From assembly GCA_964630525.1 (NCBI GenBank), contig CAZVUY010000003.1, positions 48,699 through 112,698 of the forward strand: a stretch of 64,000 nucleotides of DNA, given 5' to 3'. The translations under genes were made by a program, and so were the position numbers. A model generated the notes under the pieces. That model was not told the DNA's origin and searched no databases. It saw only the letters and a list, made by a program, of their open reading frames with translations. Within the stretch, counting starts at the first letter, position 1. Each line of letters begins with the position of its first letter. This DNA is from an uncultured Candidatus Saccharibacteria bacterium. GTDB lineage: Bacteria; Patescibacteriota; Minisyncoccia; Phycocordibacterales; WO2-35-19. Shown piece after piece: positions 46,364 to 55,938 of this stretch.

Positions 46364-47184
46364 GGGAAACCAGCCTGACCACCAAAGCTCTTCGGGCCCG
46401 AGAGTTAGGTGTGTCACTGCGTAGTCTGTACTACAGACCAAAGAAACCGGACAAAGATTGGCTTCTGAAGTGTCAGATTGAATCTGTTCTGCGAGAACAT
46501 CCATCATATGGATCGAGGAGAATATCAATCCATCTGAATATGAATCGCAAACCGGTGAAGCGAGTGATGAACCTTTTTGGCATCAAAGCATACAGACGTA
46601 GAGGCAGAAAATGGAAGAAAACCAAGAATATCAGGGTGATATATCCAAACCTGCTCCTGACAGAATATCCAGCATATCCTAACCATATCTGGACAGCAGA
46701 TTTCACTCACTTAAATTTTCAAGGAAAAATCATATACATCGCCACCGTGATGGATTTGTTCACCAGGCGGATTGTCGGCGTAGCGGTGTATACGAATCAC
46801 GCTGTTCAGTTGGTATTAGCTGCTCTAATGAACGCAATATTGACCAACCAAAGGCCGGAGATATTCCACTCCGACAACGGCAGTGAATACAACGCGGATG
46901 TATTCATCGAGGCTCTAACAAATATCGGAACAATGATTTCCAGATCTGCTCCAGGTTGTCCGTGGGAGAATGGCTACCAAGAGAGCTTCCACTCACAGTT
47001 TAAGGTGGACTTTGGTGATCCTGCTAGATTCAAAAGTCTCGGTGAGTTGGTCTACGAAATATATCAGACGATCTACCGCTACAATCACATGAGGATTCAT
47101 TCAGCTCTCAAGATGCCGCCACAGAAATTTGCAGATTTAGCGGCAGCAGAATACAATTTAGAATACAAGATTCGTGTGCAATGA
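46360..47184 (+). CDS. IS3 transposase OrfB (DDE)
   Basis: YGSRRI, WTADFT, HSDNGSEY, ENGYQESF, YNHMRIHSAL. Confidence 0.95.
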   Translation: MRETSLTTKALRARELGVSLRSLYYRPKKPDKDWLLKCQIESVLREHPSYGSRRISIHLNMNRKPVKRVMNLFGIKAYRRRGRKWKKTKNIRVIYPNLLLTEYPAYPNHIWTADFTHLNFQGKIIYIATVMDLFTRRIVGVAVYTNHAVQLVLAALMNAILTNQRPEIFHSDNGSEYNADVFIEALTNIGTMISRSAPGCPWENGYQESFHSQFKVDFGDPARFKSLGELVYEIYQTIYRYNHMRIHSALKMPPQKFADLAAAEYNLEYKIRVQ

Positions 47185-47498
47185 ATGGGGTCCAGTACAG
47201 GTCGACATAAAAGCAAAGAGCCCCAAGTCTTTCAACTTGGGACCCCGCAGTTGATGTCATTTGGCACTACTGCCAAACGTGGACTCATTCTATACCAAGT
47301 TAGATGAAAAATCAATGATATTCACAGCTTTACATTTAAATCCCAAAATATGGCTTCAGAACTAAGCATCGGCATAGTCTAGATACTACACGTAACTATT
47401 TTGGCCAACAGAAAGGTATTCCATTTGAATTTGTTGTAAAACTTCCTCCTCGCCGCAAGCTATTTGGTAATCCGTAATCTGGCATTCTAATTAAAATA

Positions 47499-47524
47499 AA
47501 AAGCCCCCAGTTTCCTAGGGGCTT
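47499..47524 (-). terminator. Intrinsic terminator
   Basis: aagcccctag-gaaa-ctgggggctttt on the minus strand. Confidence 0.7.
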
Positions 47525-47643
47525 CTTGCTAACGAGAGGTTAGGTTCTTATTCTCTGACTTAATCTCAAACTACGAGAGAGTCAGAATTAGCCTTTTAGG
47601 AAATCCCGAAGGACTTCACCTTGTCGTTTGCAAGTAATGAGTA

Positions 47644-47901
47644 CTAATCGTACTCGAAGTGTTCCTTGTTCTGCGCTACCGACTCAGGAGCCGGCGGCTT
47701 TGCAAGGGAAGCAATTTGAGCGTCGAAGAGTTCACGATAAACTTCCGTGACGAACTCGACGGACTCCTCGTAAGTGATACCGATGGCTTTGGCCTCGTTG
47801 GCCAGCTCTCGGTTGAGACCTCGCCGTAGCTTGATCCCATTCTCACGAAGTTGCTTCTTCATCAGCAATAGAGCAATTTGCCCTTTGCGTTCTTCTGTCA
47901 T
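47644..47901 (-). CDS. Hypothetical protein
   Basis: AGGAGGTG SD; ERKGQIALLLMK...NEAKAIGITYEE. Confidence 0.7.
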   Translation of the reverse strand: MTEERKGQIALLLMKKQLRENGIKLRRGLNRELANEAKAIGITYEESVEFVTEVYRELFDAQIASLAKPPAPESVAQNKEHFEYD

Positions 47902-48014
47902 GTACATCACCTCCTTTCCGAAGTGATCTAGGTATAGTATAGCATAATCCATCCGCTATTGCAAGTTTTATTAAAACATGGTTGAATTATGCGCGGAAAA
48001 GGAGATTTTACACA

Positions 48015-48809
48015 ATGCAGAAGAAAGTTGGTCCCTACGTTGGAGTCACAGGATTCATGTCCCGCGCTGAAGTAAATGAGGCGCTTGCTATGGTCCCTGA
48101 GGGATCAAAGCATCGTCTCATGGTCGGAGTTCTTATTAGCTCCAAGACATTCGCTGGTTTGCCAAACAAATGGCCCGGCCGGTATCCGAAGAAAGAGGTC
48201 GCGGCAGACATCTTCGCTGATGATCCGCGAGCACTCAACCTTATCCACTACAACACTGACAACCGTAACCAGCTTCATCATGAGCTCGTCGAGATCACGC
48301 GATTCATTGGTCCCGATAAGTTCGATGGATTCCAGATCAACATGCGATGGCCGTGTGCTACGGAACTACGCAATTACCAGCACATTTTCCCTGACAAGTT
48401 GCTGGTAGTGCAGGTTGGTGGCGGCGCACTTGAAGATGTGGGACGGATTGGTGGTCATCTGGGAGGTATTCTTTACCTCGTCTATGACCACCGCTCATGC
48501 TGTAGTTGGATGATCGATTCAGTTCTTATCGATCCAAGTGGTGGTAAGGGAATACCACTGAATACCGAGGAAGGAGCTGATCATCTTCGCGATGTCCGCG
48601 ATCACTACAAGACAAAAGAAGTTGGTATCGGCATTGCCGGTGGTCTTGGTCCGGATACGCTTCATCTCATCGAGCCGCTTGTTCAGGAGTTTCCGAACCT
48701 GAGCATTGATGCAGAAGGCAGGCTTCGCACCCAAGATGACCAGTTGGATATGTTAAGGGTCAAACTCTACCTTCAACGCGCATTCGAAATGTTCAATCGT
48801 CGGGCCTAA
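48015..48809 (+). CDS. Phosphoribosylanthranilate-isomerase-like TIM-barrel protein
   Basis: YVGVTG, LIDPSGGKG, GIAGGLGP, SIDAEGRLR. Confidence 0.7.
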   Translation: MQKKVGPYVGVTGFMSRAEVNEALAMVPEGSKHRLMVGVLISSKTFAGLPNKWPGRYPKKEVAADIFADDPRALNLIHYNTDNRNQLHHELVEITRFIGPDKFDGFQINMRWPCATELRNYQHIFPDKLLVVQVGGGALEDVGRIGGHLGGILYLVYDHRSCCSWMIDSVLIDPSGGKGIPLNTEEGADHLRDVRDHYKTKEVGIGIAGGLGPDTLHLIEPLVQEFPNLSIDAEGRLRTQDDQLDMLRVKLYLQRAFEMFNRRA

Positions 48810-48845
48810 TAGCCCACTCTCGCGTCAGGCCAAGTGTCTGGCGCG

Positions 48846-48906
48846 AGCTTTCTTTTTATCCAAAATTTAATTACACTCTATAAATCATGGCCAATATTTC
48901 TGTTGG
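48846..48906 (+). repeat. Imperfect direct repeat of the ychF upstream region and first 7 codons
   Basis: atggccaatatttctgttgg identical at 48887-48906 and 50263-50282; agctttctttttatc also shared upstream. Confidence 0.85.
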
Positions 48907-49122
48907 CACGGGAGGGACGCAATCGAGCATTTTCATAACCCAATGGCTTCTAAGAAAATTCCCTTCTTTTTCGAGATAAAATTACCGCCTCCACTCCGTA
49001 GGGGAATCGACTACGGCATTACCAAGGACAACCGCTGGGTCTTTACCGTAGATAAAAAAGAATAGTCCGACTTCTCGGGTAAGGTTTACTAACAAACAAA
49101 TATAAGATAAATTACCTTTGGT

Positions 49123-49557
49123 ATGAAAAATTGTGTATATTGCACGTTACCGGAAATCAAGGAAAGACAGATTATCGAGAATGATCTGGCTTGGGCTTTC
49201 TTAACCAACATCCCAATCACCCCCGGCCACACACTCGTTATACCGAAGAGGTGTGTCGCAAAGTATGAGGACCTGACCACAGAAGAAAAGTCGGCGATTG
49301 AAGAACTTCGAGTGAAGATCGTCGATGTCCTTACAAAGCTCTACGGAGCTGAAGGGTTCAATATCGCTTGGAACGTGAACAAGATCGCTGGCCAGTCGGT
49401 CCCTCATTTTCACTTGCACATTGTGCCTCGGAAGGAAGGCGACGAAGGTATCTACGAATACGAGCCGAGGAAGTTTTTATATCGGCCGGGAAGTCGCGAG
49501 ACAACTCCGGAAGATGAACTCAAAGCCACTTCGGAGGAAATACGAAATGCACTGTAG
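49123..49557 (+). CDS. HIT-family nucleotide hydrolase
   Basis: CVYC, PITPGHTLVIPK, AGQSVPHFHLHIVPR. Confidence 0.93.
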   Translation: MKNCVYCTLPEIKERQIIENDLAWAFLTNIPITPGHTLVIPKRCVAKYEDLTTEEKSAIEELRVKIVDVLTKLYGAEGFNIAWNVNKIAGQSVPHFHLHIVPRKEGDEGIYEYEPRKFLYRPGSRETTPEDELKATSEEIRNAL

Positions 49558-49599
49558 TACAAAGGGCCGCGGAGAATATCCACGGCCCTGTTCTTTTGT

Positions 49600-50172
49600 T
49601 CATAGAGCAAGTTCCTTTTTGACAACTTCCACGATCTTCGGCCAATCCCGTTCGTGGAAAGCCATATACTCGCGAATGGCATGTTGCACTTGGCGCCAGC
49701 CGCCATCTCCGTTACTTCTCGGATAGACTTTGCCGGTCTTCATGTCGAACACCTCGCTTCCCATAAAAGTAGCAACACGAGCGGTATGCAAAGCCGGTTT
49801 TTCCATGTCTGGATACTTGAGCGGTTTGTGGGCTCGCCATAGTTCACAACCCAGATTGTCATTTTGGTCTTCTCCTCGACAGAGAAAGAACGATTCGATA
49901 CCGAGGTCATGCAGCTCTTTGGCAAAAGCGAGCTGTTTGTGCGAGATACCGGGGATCTTGCCGGGCAGCCAGCAATTTTCGAAGATAATGGCCCGAAGTT
50001 TCCCATCAACCAAACACTGCTTCAGCTTGGTTAGTTCTTCTTCTGGATTGGTGTCGAAGATGTCGTTGTGCAGGCAAAAGGTATGCAGCCCTTGGCCAGT
50101 TTGGGCGGTTTCCGTAAGTTGCCCAGTTCCGGACGAATAGCTGGTAGTCGCCAGTATTTTGAGTTTTTTCAT
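49600..50172 (-). CDS. Hypothetical protein
   Basis: GC-richer ORF with AAGGAG SD and a hairpin shared with the HIT gene. Confidence 0.65.
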   Translation of the reverse strand: MKKLKILATTSYSSGTGQLTETAQTGQGLHTFCLHNDIFDTNPEEELTKLKQCLVDGKLRAIIFENCWLPGKIPGISHKQLAFAKELHDLGIESFFLCRGEDQNDNLGCELWRAHKPLKYPDMEKPALHTARVATFMGSEVFDMKTGKVYPRSNGDGGWRQVQHAIREYMAFHERDWPKIVEVVKKELAL

Positions 50173-50262
50173 CAGAACTCCTTCCGGGAGTAAAGCTACC
50201 TCCAAAACGCCACTATGTAAATAGCTTTCTTTTTATCTAAATTTTGGTTAAGCTCAATACCA

Positions 50263-51345
50263 ATGGCCAATATTTCTGTTGGGATAGTCGGTTTGCCGAA
50301 TGTGGGGAAGTCCACCCTTTTTAATGCGCTTACCAAAAAAAGCGTGCCGGCGGAGAATTATCCTTTTTGCACCATTGATCCGAGTGTTGGGATTGTGCCG
50401 GTGCCAGACGATCGTCTCACCAAGCTGGCCGAGCTTAGTCACTCGGCCAAAACGATTCCAGCGGTAGTGGAATTTACTGACATTGCCGGGTTGGTAAAAG
50501 GCGCTTCGGAGGGTGAAGGGTTGGGCAACCAATTTCTCTCTCATATCAGAGAGGTAGATGCGATCGCTCAGGTGGTCCGTATCTTTGAGGACAAAGATAT
50601 CATTCATGTTCATAATAAAGTGGATCCGGTATTTGATATCGGTACTATCAACCTCGAGCTTATCTTGGCCGACTTGCAGACGGTGAGCAAAAGACTTGGG
50701 ACTTTGGAGAAAGATGTCAAAAGAGGCGATAAGGAAGCAGTGATTTTACAAGGGGCGTTGCAAAAAATAAAAGAAGCACTGGAGAGCGAAAAACTTGCTT
50801 CCACTGTTTTTGCTCCGACGCACGAAGTGGTCGGAGGGTCGGCTGTAAACGTCGACCATGATAAAGAGTATCCGCTAGTCAAACAAATGCAACTTCTCAC
50901 CATGAAGCCGATCTTTTATGTTCTGAATACTTCGGAGGCAAGTGAAAATTTGGAAATTGAAAATTTACTCCGACGTGAAGTCGGAGAGCCGACCGAAGCG
51001 TCGGCTTTGAAAATTAACAACTATGTTGTTGTTGATGCGGTGTTTGAAAAAGGTTTTGATGATTTGATCAAAAAAGCTTACGAAGTGCTTGATCTCATAA
51101 CTTTTTTCACTACCGGAGAGGACGAAACCAGGGGTTGGACTACCAAAAAAAATTCGACAGCACCGGAAGCGGGTACGGCGATCCATACAGATTTTAAAGA
51201 CAAATTCATTCGAGCCGAAGTGGTGTATTGTGATGATCTGCTAAGTGCTGGCTCTTATACTACTGCTCGCGAGAAAGGTCTGGTCCGCACCGAAGGCAAG
51301 GAGTACATTGTCAAAGATGGCGATGTGATTGAGTTTAAGATCTAA
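50263..51345 (+). CDS. ychF: Ribosome-binding ATPase YchF
   Basis: GIVGLPNVGKSTLFN, NYPFCTIDP, DIAGLVKGASEGEGLGNQFL, IHTDF, EGKEYIVKDGD. Confidence 0.98.
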   Translation: MANISVGIVGLPNVGKSTLFNALTKKSVPAENYPFCTIDPSVGIVPVPDDRLTKLAELSHSAKTIPAVVEFTDIAGLVKGASEGEGLGNQFLSHIREVDAIAQVVRIFEDKDIIHVHNKVDPVFDIGTINLELILADLQTVSKRLGTLEKDVKRGDKEAVILQGALQKIKEALESEKLASTVFAPTHEVVGGSAVNVDHDKEYPLVKQMQLLTMKPIFYVLNTSEASENLEIENLLRREVGEPTEASALKINNYVVVDAVFEKGFDDLIKKAYEVLDLITFFTTGEDETRGWTTKKNSTAPEAGTAIHTDFKDKFIRAEVVYCDDLLSAGSYTTAREKGLVRTEGKEYIVKDGDVIEFKI

Positions 51346-51390
51346 TAATTTAATGATATAATCTGATTTATTATTTTAATTGAAAACTTT

Positions 51391-52332
51391 ATGGAAAATA
51401 ATATCCCCACAAATCGTGGTACTAGCGCCAAGGACTTCTTCCTCCATCTTGGCATGATAGTTTCGCTCTATGTAGTTGCCGGTAACTTTATTAGCCTTTT
51501 GTTTACTATCATCAACAAGTCTTATCCTGAGGTTGCTAGATATTATAGCTATTATTACAACGGTTCCGAAATAAGCTTGCCAGTTGCGACGCTCATTATT
51601 GTCTTTCCGGTTTTTGTTGTTCTCTCAAGATGGGTACATCGGAGCTACGAAGAATTTCCCGAGAAAAAGCACCTGGCGATCCGCAAGTGGCTGACTTACA
51701 TCACTCTTTTTGTGGCCGGTATCATGTTGGTGGGGGATTTGGTAACAGTACTCTATAAGTTTTTGGATGGTCAGGATCTGACTGCCGCCTTCTTGCTCAA
51801 AGCACTCACTGTACTTTTGGTTTCCGGAGCGGTATTTGGGTTCTATCTGCAGGATATCCGAGATCGGGTATCAGAAAAAGCACGCAATATATGGGCGGTA
51901 GCGGTCGGCTGCATTCTTTTGATCAGTATCATCCTCGGTTTTTCAGTCATCGGCTCACCCAGAACCCAACGGCTGATGAGGTGGGATAATCAAAAAATTT
52001 CTGATCTCCAAAACTTGCAATGGCAGGTGATCAATTATTGGCAAATGAATGGCATGATCCCGGAGATGATGCCAAACATTCCTCTTGACCCAGAGACCGG
52101 CACTCCTTATGAATATCGCAAGAGAGGCGATTTGCAATTTGAACTTTGTGCTAGTTTCAACCGCTCTTTTGAAGGCAATGGTTATGGTGGTAGGGGTGTT
52201 GGAATGATGGGTGAAGGACCATACTTTAAAGGTGGCATGATGAATAATGACAATTGGATGCATAGCGCTGGCCGACAATGCTTTACTCGAGAAATCGATC
52301 CCATTGCATATCCGACCAGTGTAAGGGGGTAG
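51391..52332 (+). CDS. Conserved membrane protein (DUF5671-like, typical of CPR)
   Basis: AKDFFLHL, IRKWLTYITLF, GSPRTQR, DPETGTPYEY, FELCASF. Confidence 0.8.
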   Translation: MENNIPTNRGTSAKDFFLHLGMIVSLYVVAGNFISLLFTIINKSYPEVARYYSYYYNGSEISLPVATLIIVFPVFVVLSRWVHRSYEEFPEKKHLAIRKWLTYITLFVAGIMLVGDLVTVLYKFLDGQDLTAAFLLKALTVLLVSGAVFGFYLQDIRDRVSEKARNIWAVAVGCILLISIILGFSVIGSPRTQRLMRWDNQKISDLQNLQWQVINYWQMNGMIPEMMPNIPLDPETGTPYEYRKRGDLQFELCASFNRSFEGNGYGGRGVGMMGEGPYFKGGMMNNDNWMHSAGRQCFTREIDPIAYPTSVRG

Positions 52333-52389
52333 GCTCCCTACAACAAAAAACCGCTTTGAATCAGCGGTTTTTTGTTGTATATTTTGGTT

Positions 52390-54768
52390 ATGGATAATTA
52401 TAATCACCAAGAAATAGAAAAGAAGTGGCAAGAGAAGTGGAAGGCAGAAAAAATGTACGAAGCCAAAGATGATACTTCTAGAGATAAGAATTTTTATCTT
52501 CTTTTTGAATTCCCGTATCCATCGGGCAATCTGCATATAGGTCATTGGTACGCTTTTGCGATGCCTGATATTTTTGCTCGAATGAAGCGAATGCAGGACT
52601 TCAATATTCTTTTTCCGATTGGTTTCGATGCATTTGGTTTGCCGGCAGAGAACGCGGCGATCAAGCATGGCCTTGATCCTAAAAAGTGGACTTACGAAAA
52701 TATAGCCTACATGGAGCAGCAGCTCTCGAGTATGGGCGGCTCTTTTGATTGGTCGCGCAAGGTGGTGACTGCAGATCCAGAGTATTACAGGTGGACTCAG
52801 TGGTTGTTTTTGAAATTTTTCAAAAAAGGTTTGGCTTATAAGAGGCGGGCCAATGTTAACTGGTGTCCCAAAGATCAGACCGTGCTTGCCAATGAACAGG
52901 TGATAGCGGGCAAATGTGAAAGGTGCGGGACTGAGGTGGTGCAGAAAGATTTGGAGCAATGGTTTTTCAAAATTACGGATTATGCCGATCGCTTAGTTGA
53001 CGATCTGGCAAATCTAAATTGGCCTGAGCCCATCAAGGACGCACAGAGAAATTGGATAGGGAAGTCAGAAGGATCGGAAATAAGCTTTGAGCTTAAAGCT
53101 AAAAGCTTAGAGTCCGAACAGCTCCAAGCTCCAAGCTCCAAGCTCTCAGCTATTAATATATTCACCACCAGGGCAGACACTCTTTTGGGTGCTACTTACC
53201 TTGTTTTGGCGCCGGAGCATCCAGCAATTAAAAATCTAGCATCTAGCATCCAGAATCTAGCAGAAGTGGAAAAATATATTGAAGCAGTAAAGAAAAAAAC
53301 GGAAATAGAAAGGACTGATGCTAAAAAAGAAAAAACTGGTGTGGAGTTGAAGGGGGTAAAGGCTATCAATCCAGCGACTGGGGAAGAAATACCGGTTTGG
53401 GTGGCTGACTATGTACTTGGTGGCTATGGGACTGGGGCGGTAATGGCTGTACCAGCTCATGATGAGCGCGATTTTGATTTTGCTCAAAAATACAATTTGC
53501 CGATCAAGGAAATTACTCCTGATTGGGGTTTGTTGGAGCAGTTTGGCAAAAAAGTCACTAAATATAAATTGCGAGATTGGTTGTTGAGCCGCCAGCGCTA
53601 TTGGGGAGTGCCAATCCCGATCGTTTATGATCCGCAGGGTCAGCCGCAGCCAGTCCCTGAAGAGTATTTGCCTTGGCTTTTGCCGGAAGACAATATCGAC
53701 TTTACTCCTAGAGGTGCTTCACCACTCGCTTCATCTGCCGAACTAAAAGAAAGGGTGGTAAAAATTTTTGGTGAAGGCTGGACTCCAGAGTACGACACAA
53801 TGGATACTTTTGTTGATTCCTCTTGGTATTTTCTGAGGTACACCGATCCCAAGAATAGTCAGGAGTTTGCTTCTCAGGAGAAAATGAATGCTTGGTTGCC
53901 AGTCGACAAATATTCTGGCGGAGCCGAACATACGACGATGCATCTTTTGTATTCGCGCTTTTTCCACAAAGCTCTTTTCGATATGGGTTTGGTCAAAGAT
54001 TCAGAACCATATTTAAACCGAATGAATCGGGGTTTGATCCTCGGTCCCGATGGTCAAAAGATGAGCAAATCAAAAGGTAATGTGATTGATCCTGATGAAC
54101 AAGTGACTCGAGTTGGGGCTGACACGGTCCGCATGTACCTAGCCTTTATTGGGCCCTACAACGAGACCGGCCAATATCCGTGGGACCTAGGCGGGGTCGC
54201 TGGTGTTAGAAGATTTTTGGAAAGAGTGTGGAGAGTAAGCTTAGAGCTTAAAGCTAAAAGCTCAGAGGAAGAAAAGCTCTCAGCTCCAAGCTCTCAGCTC
54301 TCAACTCTTTTGCATAAAACTATAAAAAAAGTTACTGAAGATATCGAAGCTTTCAAATTCAACACCGCCATTTCGGCACTCATGATATTGCTGAATGAGT
54401 TGGAGAAACAGGTCACTAATAACCAGCCACAATTAACCAAACAAACATTCGAAGTATTTTTGAAGTTGTTGGCCCCGTTTGCACCACACATAACTGAAGA
54501 GATCTGGCATAATTTTGGGTATCAAAATTCTATTCATCTCGAAAAGTGGCCAGAATACGATGAAGCTGAAATCGTCGAGGATAAAGTGACAATATCAGTA
54601 CAGATCAATGGCAAAATCAGGGCTAAGTTTGAGGCCAGCTCTGATATTTCGGAGCAAGAGGCCAAAGATAGAGCGCTTATGATGCCGGAGGTGACCAAAT
54701 GGCTAGGGAGTGGGGAAGTTAAAAAGACAGTCTTTGTACCTAAAAAGATCATTAGTTTTGTGGTATAA
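52390..54768 (+). CDS. leuS: Leucine--tRNA ligase
   Basis: FPYPSGNLHIGH, FTTRADT, GTGAVMAVPAHD, SRQRYWG, KMSKSKGN. Confidence 0.98.
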   Translation: MDNYNHQEIEKKWQEKWKAEKMYEAKDDTSRDKNFYLLFEFPYPSGNLHIGHWYAFAMPDIFARMKRMQDFNILFPIGFDAFGLPAENAAIKHGLDPKKWTYENIAYMEQQLSSMGGSFDWSRKVVTADPEYYRWTQWLFLKFFKKGLAYKRRANVNWCPKDQTVLANEQVIAGKCERCGTEVVQKDLEQWFFKITDYADRLVDDLANLNWPEPIKDAQRNWIGKSEGSEISFELKAKSLESEQLQAPSSKLSAINIFTTRADTLLGATYLVLAPEHPAIKNLASSIQNLAEVEKYIEAVKKKTEIERTDAKKEKTGVELKGVKAINPATGEEIPVWVADYVLGGYGTGAVMAVPAHDERDFDFAQKYNLPIKEITPDWGLLEQFGKKVTKYKLRDWLLSRQRYWGVPIPIVYDPQGQPQPVPEEYLPWLLPEDNIDFTPRGASPLASSAELKERVVKIFGEGWTPEYDTMDTFVDSSWYFLRYTDPKNSQEFASQEKMNAWLPVDKYSGGAEHTTMHLLYSRFFHKALFDMGLVKDSEPYLNRMNRGLILGPDGQKMSKSKGNVIDPDEQVTRVGADTVRMYLAFIGPYNETGQYPWDLGGVAGVRRFLERVWRVSLELKAKSSEEEKLSAPSSQLSTLLHKTIKKVTEDIEAFKFNTAISALMILLNELEKQVTNNQPQLTKQTFEVFLKLLAPFAPHITEEIWHNFGYQNSIHLEKWPEYDEAEIVEDKVTISVQINGKIRAKFEASSDISEQEAKDRALMMPEVTKWLGSGEVKKTVFVPKKIISFVV
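53083..53151 (+). repeat. AGCT-heptamer bipartite repeat within leuS
   Basis: agctttg agcttaa agctaaa agcttag ... agctcca agctcca agctcca agctctc agct. Confidence 0.85.
54238..54309 (+). repeat. AGCT-heptamer bipartite repeat within leuS
   Basis: agcttag agcttaa agctaaa agctcag ... agctctc agctcca agctctc agctctc. Confidence 0.85.
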
Positions 54769-54858
54769 TCTGTTTGTTTGACAAAAAACTACTCTATGAT
54801 ATTGTTTAGAGCGTTCTAATTAAACTTTTTAATTTTATTATCAAAATAACTCAATCGG

Positions 54859-55914
54859 ATGAAAAAAGAAGTTCAAAAAAATAAATTAGCTACTCTCTCC
54901 TTCAATCCAAAGCAGGTGGTCAAAAAGCTGCTTGGCTCTCTACCAAACAGGGCTCAAGATGTGATAGTGGGTCGATTCGGACTGAACCAAGCGGGTGATG
55001 AAATGACCCTTGAAGCGATTGGTCAAAAATACGGCATTACCAGAGAACGTGTCCGACAAATAGAGAATTATGCCATCAACCACATTCGCAAATCCGATAT
55101 TTATACTAAAGAGAAGCCTGTTTTTGAAGAACTGCTTTCGGTCGTGGCCAAGATGGGCGGAGTTATCTCTGAAGAAGATTTGCTTGACTACTTAGCAAAA
55201 GATGAGAGTACTAAAAAACACCTTCATTTTTTGCTAGTAGTAGGTGATGATTTCAACAAGATCAAGGAAGACAGTGAATTTAAACATCGTTGGCATATCG
55301 ATAAAGCTTTGTCCGAAAGGATTGAAGATGCTCTTCGCAAGCTCTATACCAAACTCTCTGATGACGCGATCGTGCCAGAGTCAGAAATGATCTCTTCTTT
55401 TTTGGAACATTTGAAAGACGTTTCTGAAGATTATAAACAGGATGAGATCATCACTCGATGGCTTTCTCTTTCTAAAAACATTTCTAAGAATCCGCTCGGT
55501 GAATGGGGTAAAACCAAATCTTCCAACATCAAAACCAAAGGTGTCAGGGATTATGCTTATCTTATCTTGCGTCGACACGGTTCTCCTATTCATTTTCGGG
55601 AAGTTGCCAAATTGATCAGCGAAGTTTTCAAGAAGAAGGCTCACGTAGCGACAACTCACAATGAATTGATCAAGGATCCGAGATTTGTTTTGGTGGGCCG
55701 CGGCCTCTATGCTCTCAAAGAATGGGGTTATTCGACCGGTGTTGTCAAAGATGTGATCCGGGAAATCATCAAAAAGAATGGACCACTTTCGAAAGAGGAT
55801 ATCTTGGAGAGAGTATTGAAAGAGCGATATGTCAAACCAAACACTGTAATGGTCAACCTCCAAAACCCAAAGTATTTTAAAAAGACCAAACAAGGAGTAT
55901 ACACAATTGCCTAA
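54859..55914 (+). CDS. Sigma70 region-4 HTH plus winged-helix (HARE-HTH-like) protein
   Basis: RFGL...TLEAIGQKYGITRERVRQIE; THNELIKDPRFVLVGRGLYALKEWG. Confidence 0.85.
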   Translation: MKKEVQKNKLATLSFNPKQVVKKLLGSLPNRAQDVIVGRFGLNQAGDEMTLEAIGQKYGITRERVRQIENYAINHIRKSDIYTKEKPVFEELLSVVAKMGGVISEEDLLDYLAKDESTKKHLHFLLVVGDDFNKIKEDSEFKHRWHIDKALSERIEDALRKLYTKLSDDAIVPESEMISSFLEHLKDVSEDYKQDEIITRWLSLSKNISKNPLGEWGKTKSSNIKTKGVRDYAYLILRRHGSPIHFREVAKLISEVFKKKAHVATTHNELIKDPRFVLVGRGLYALKEWGYSTGVVKDVIREIIKKNGPLSKEDILERVLKERYVKPNTVMVNLQNPKYFKKTKQGVYTIA

Positions 55915-55938
55915 AAAGTCCTGTGCTATAATTTGGAC

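Larger units (their letters stand above)
46047..47199 (+). mobile_element. IS3-family insertion sequence (1153 bp)
   Basis: ~37-bp imperfect TIRs (TGgcccggaccccaaaatttgcacac / gtgtgcaatgaatggggtccagtaCA); orfA plus orfB. Confidence 0.93.

Noticed and set aside
47405-47424. Partial reverse-strand match to the ychF 5' repeat (ccaacagaaa...ccat)
   Set aside because: Only 10 contiguous bases match; plausible by chance.
51955-52959. 334-aa minus-strand ORF
   Set aside because: Antisense shadow of leuS and the upstream gene with no recognisable motifs; the same applies to 42532-43317, 55381-55983 and 38279-38809.
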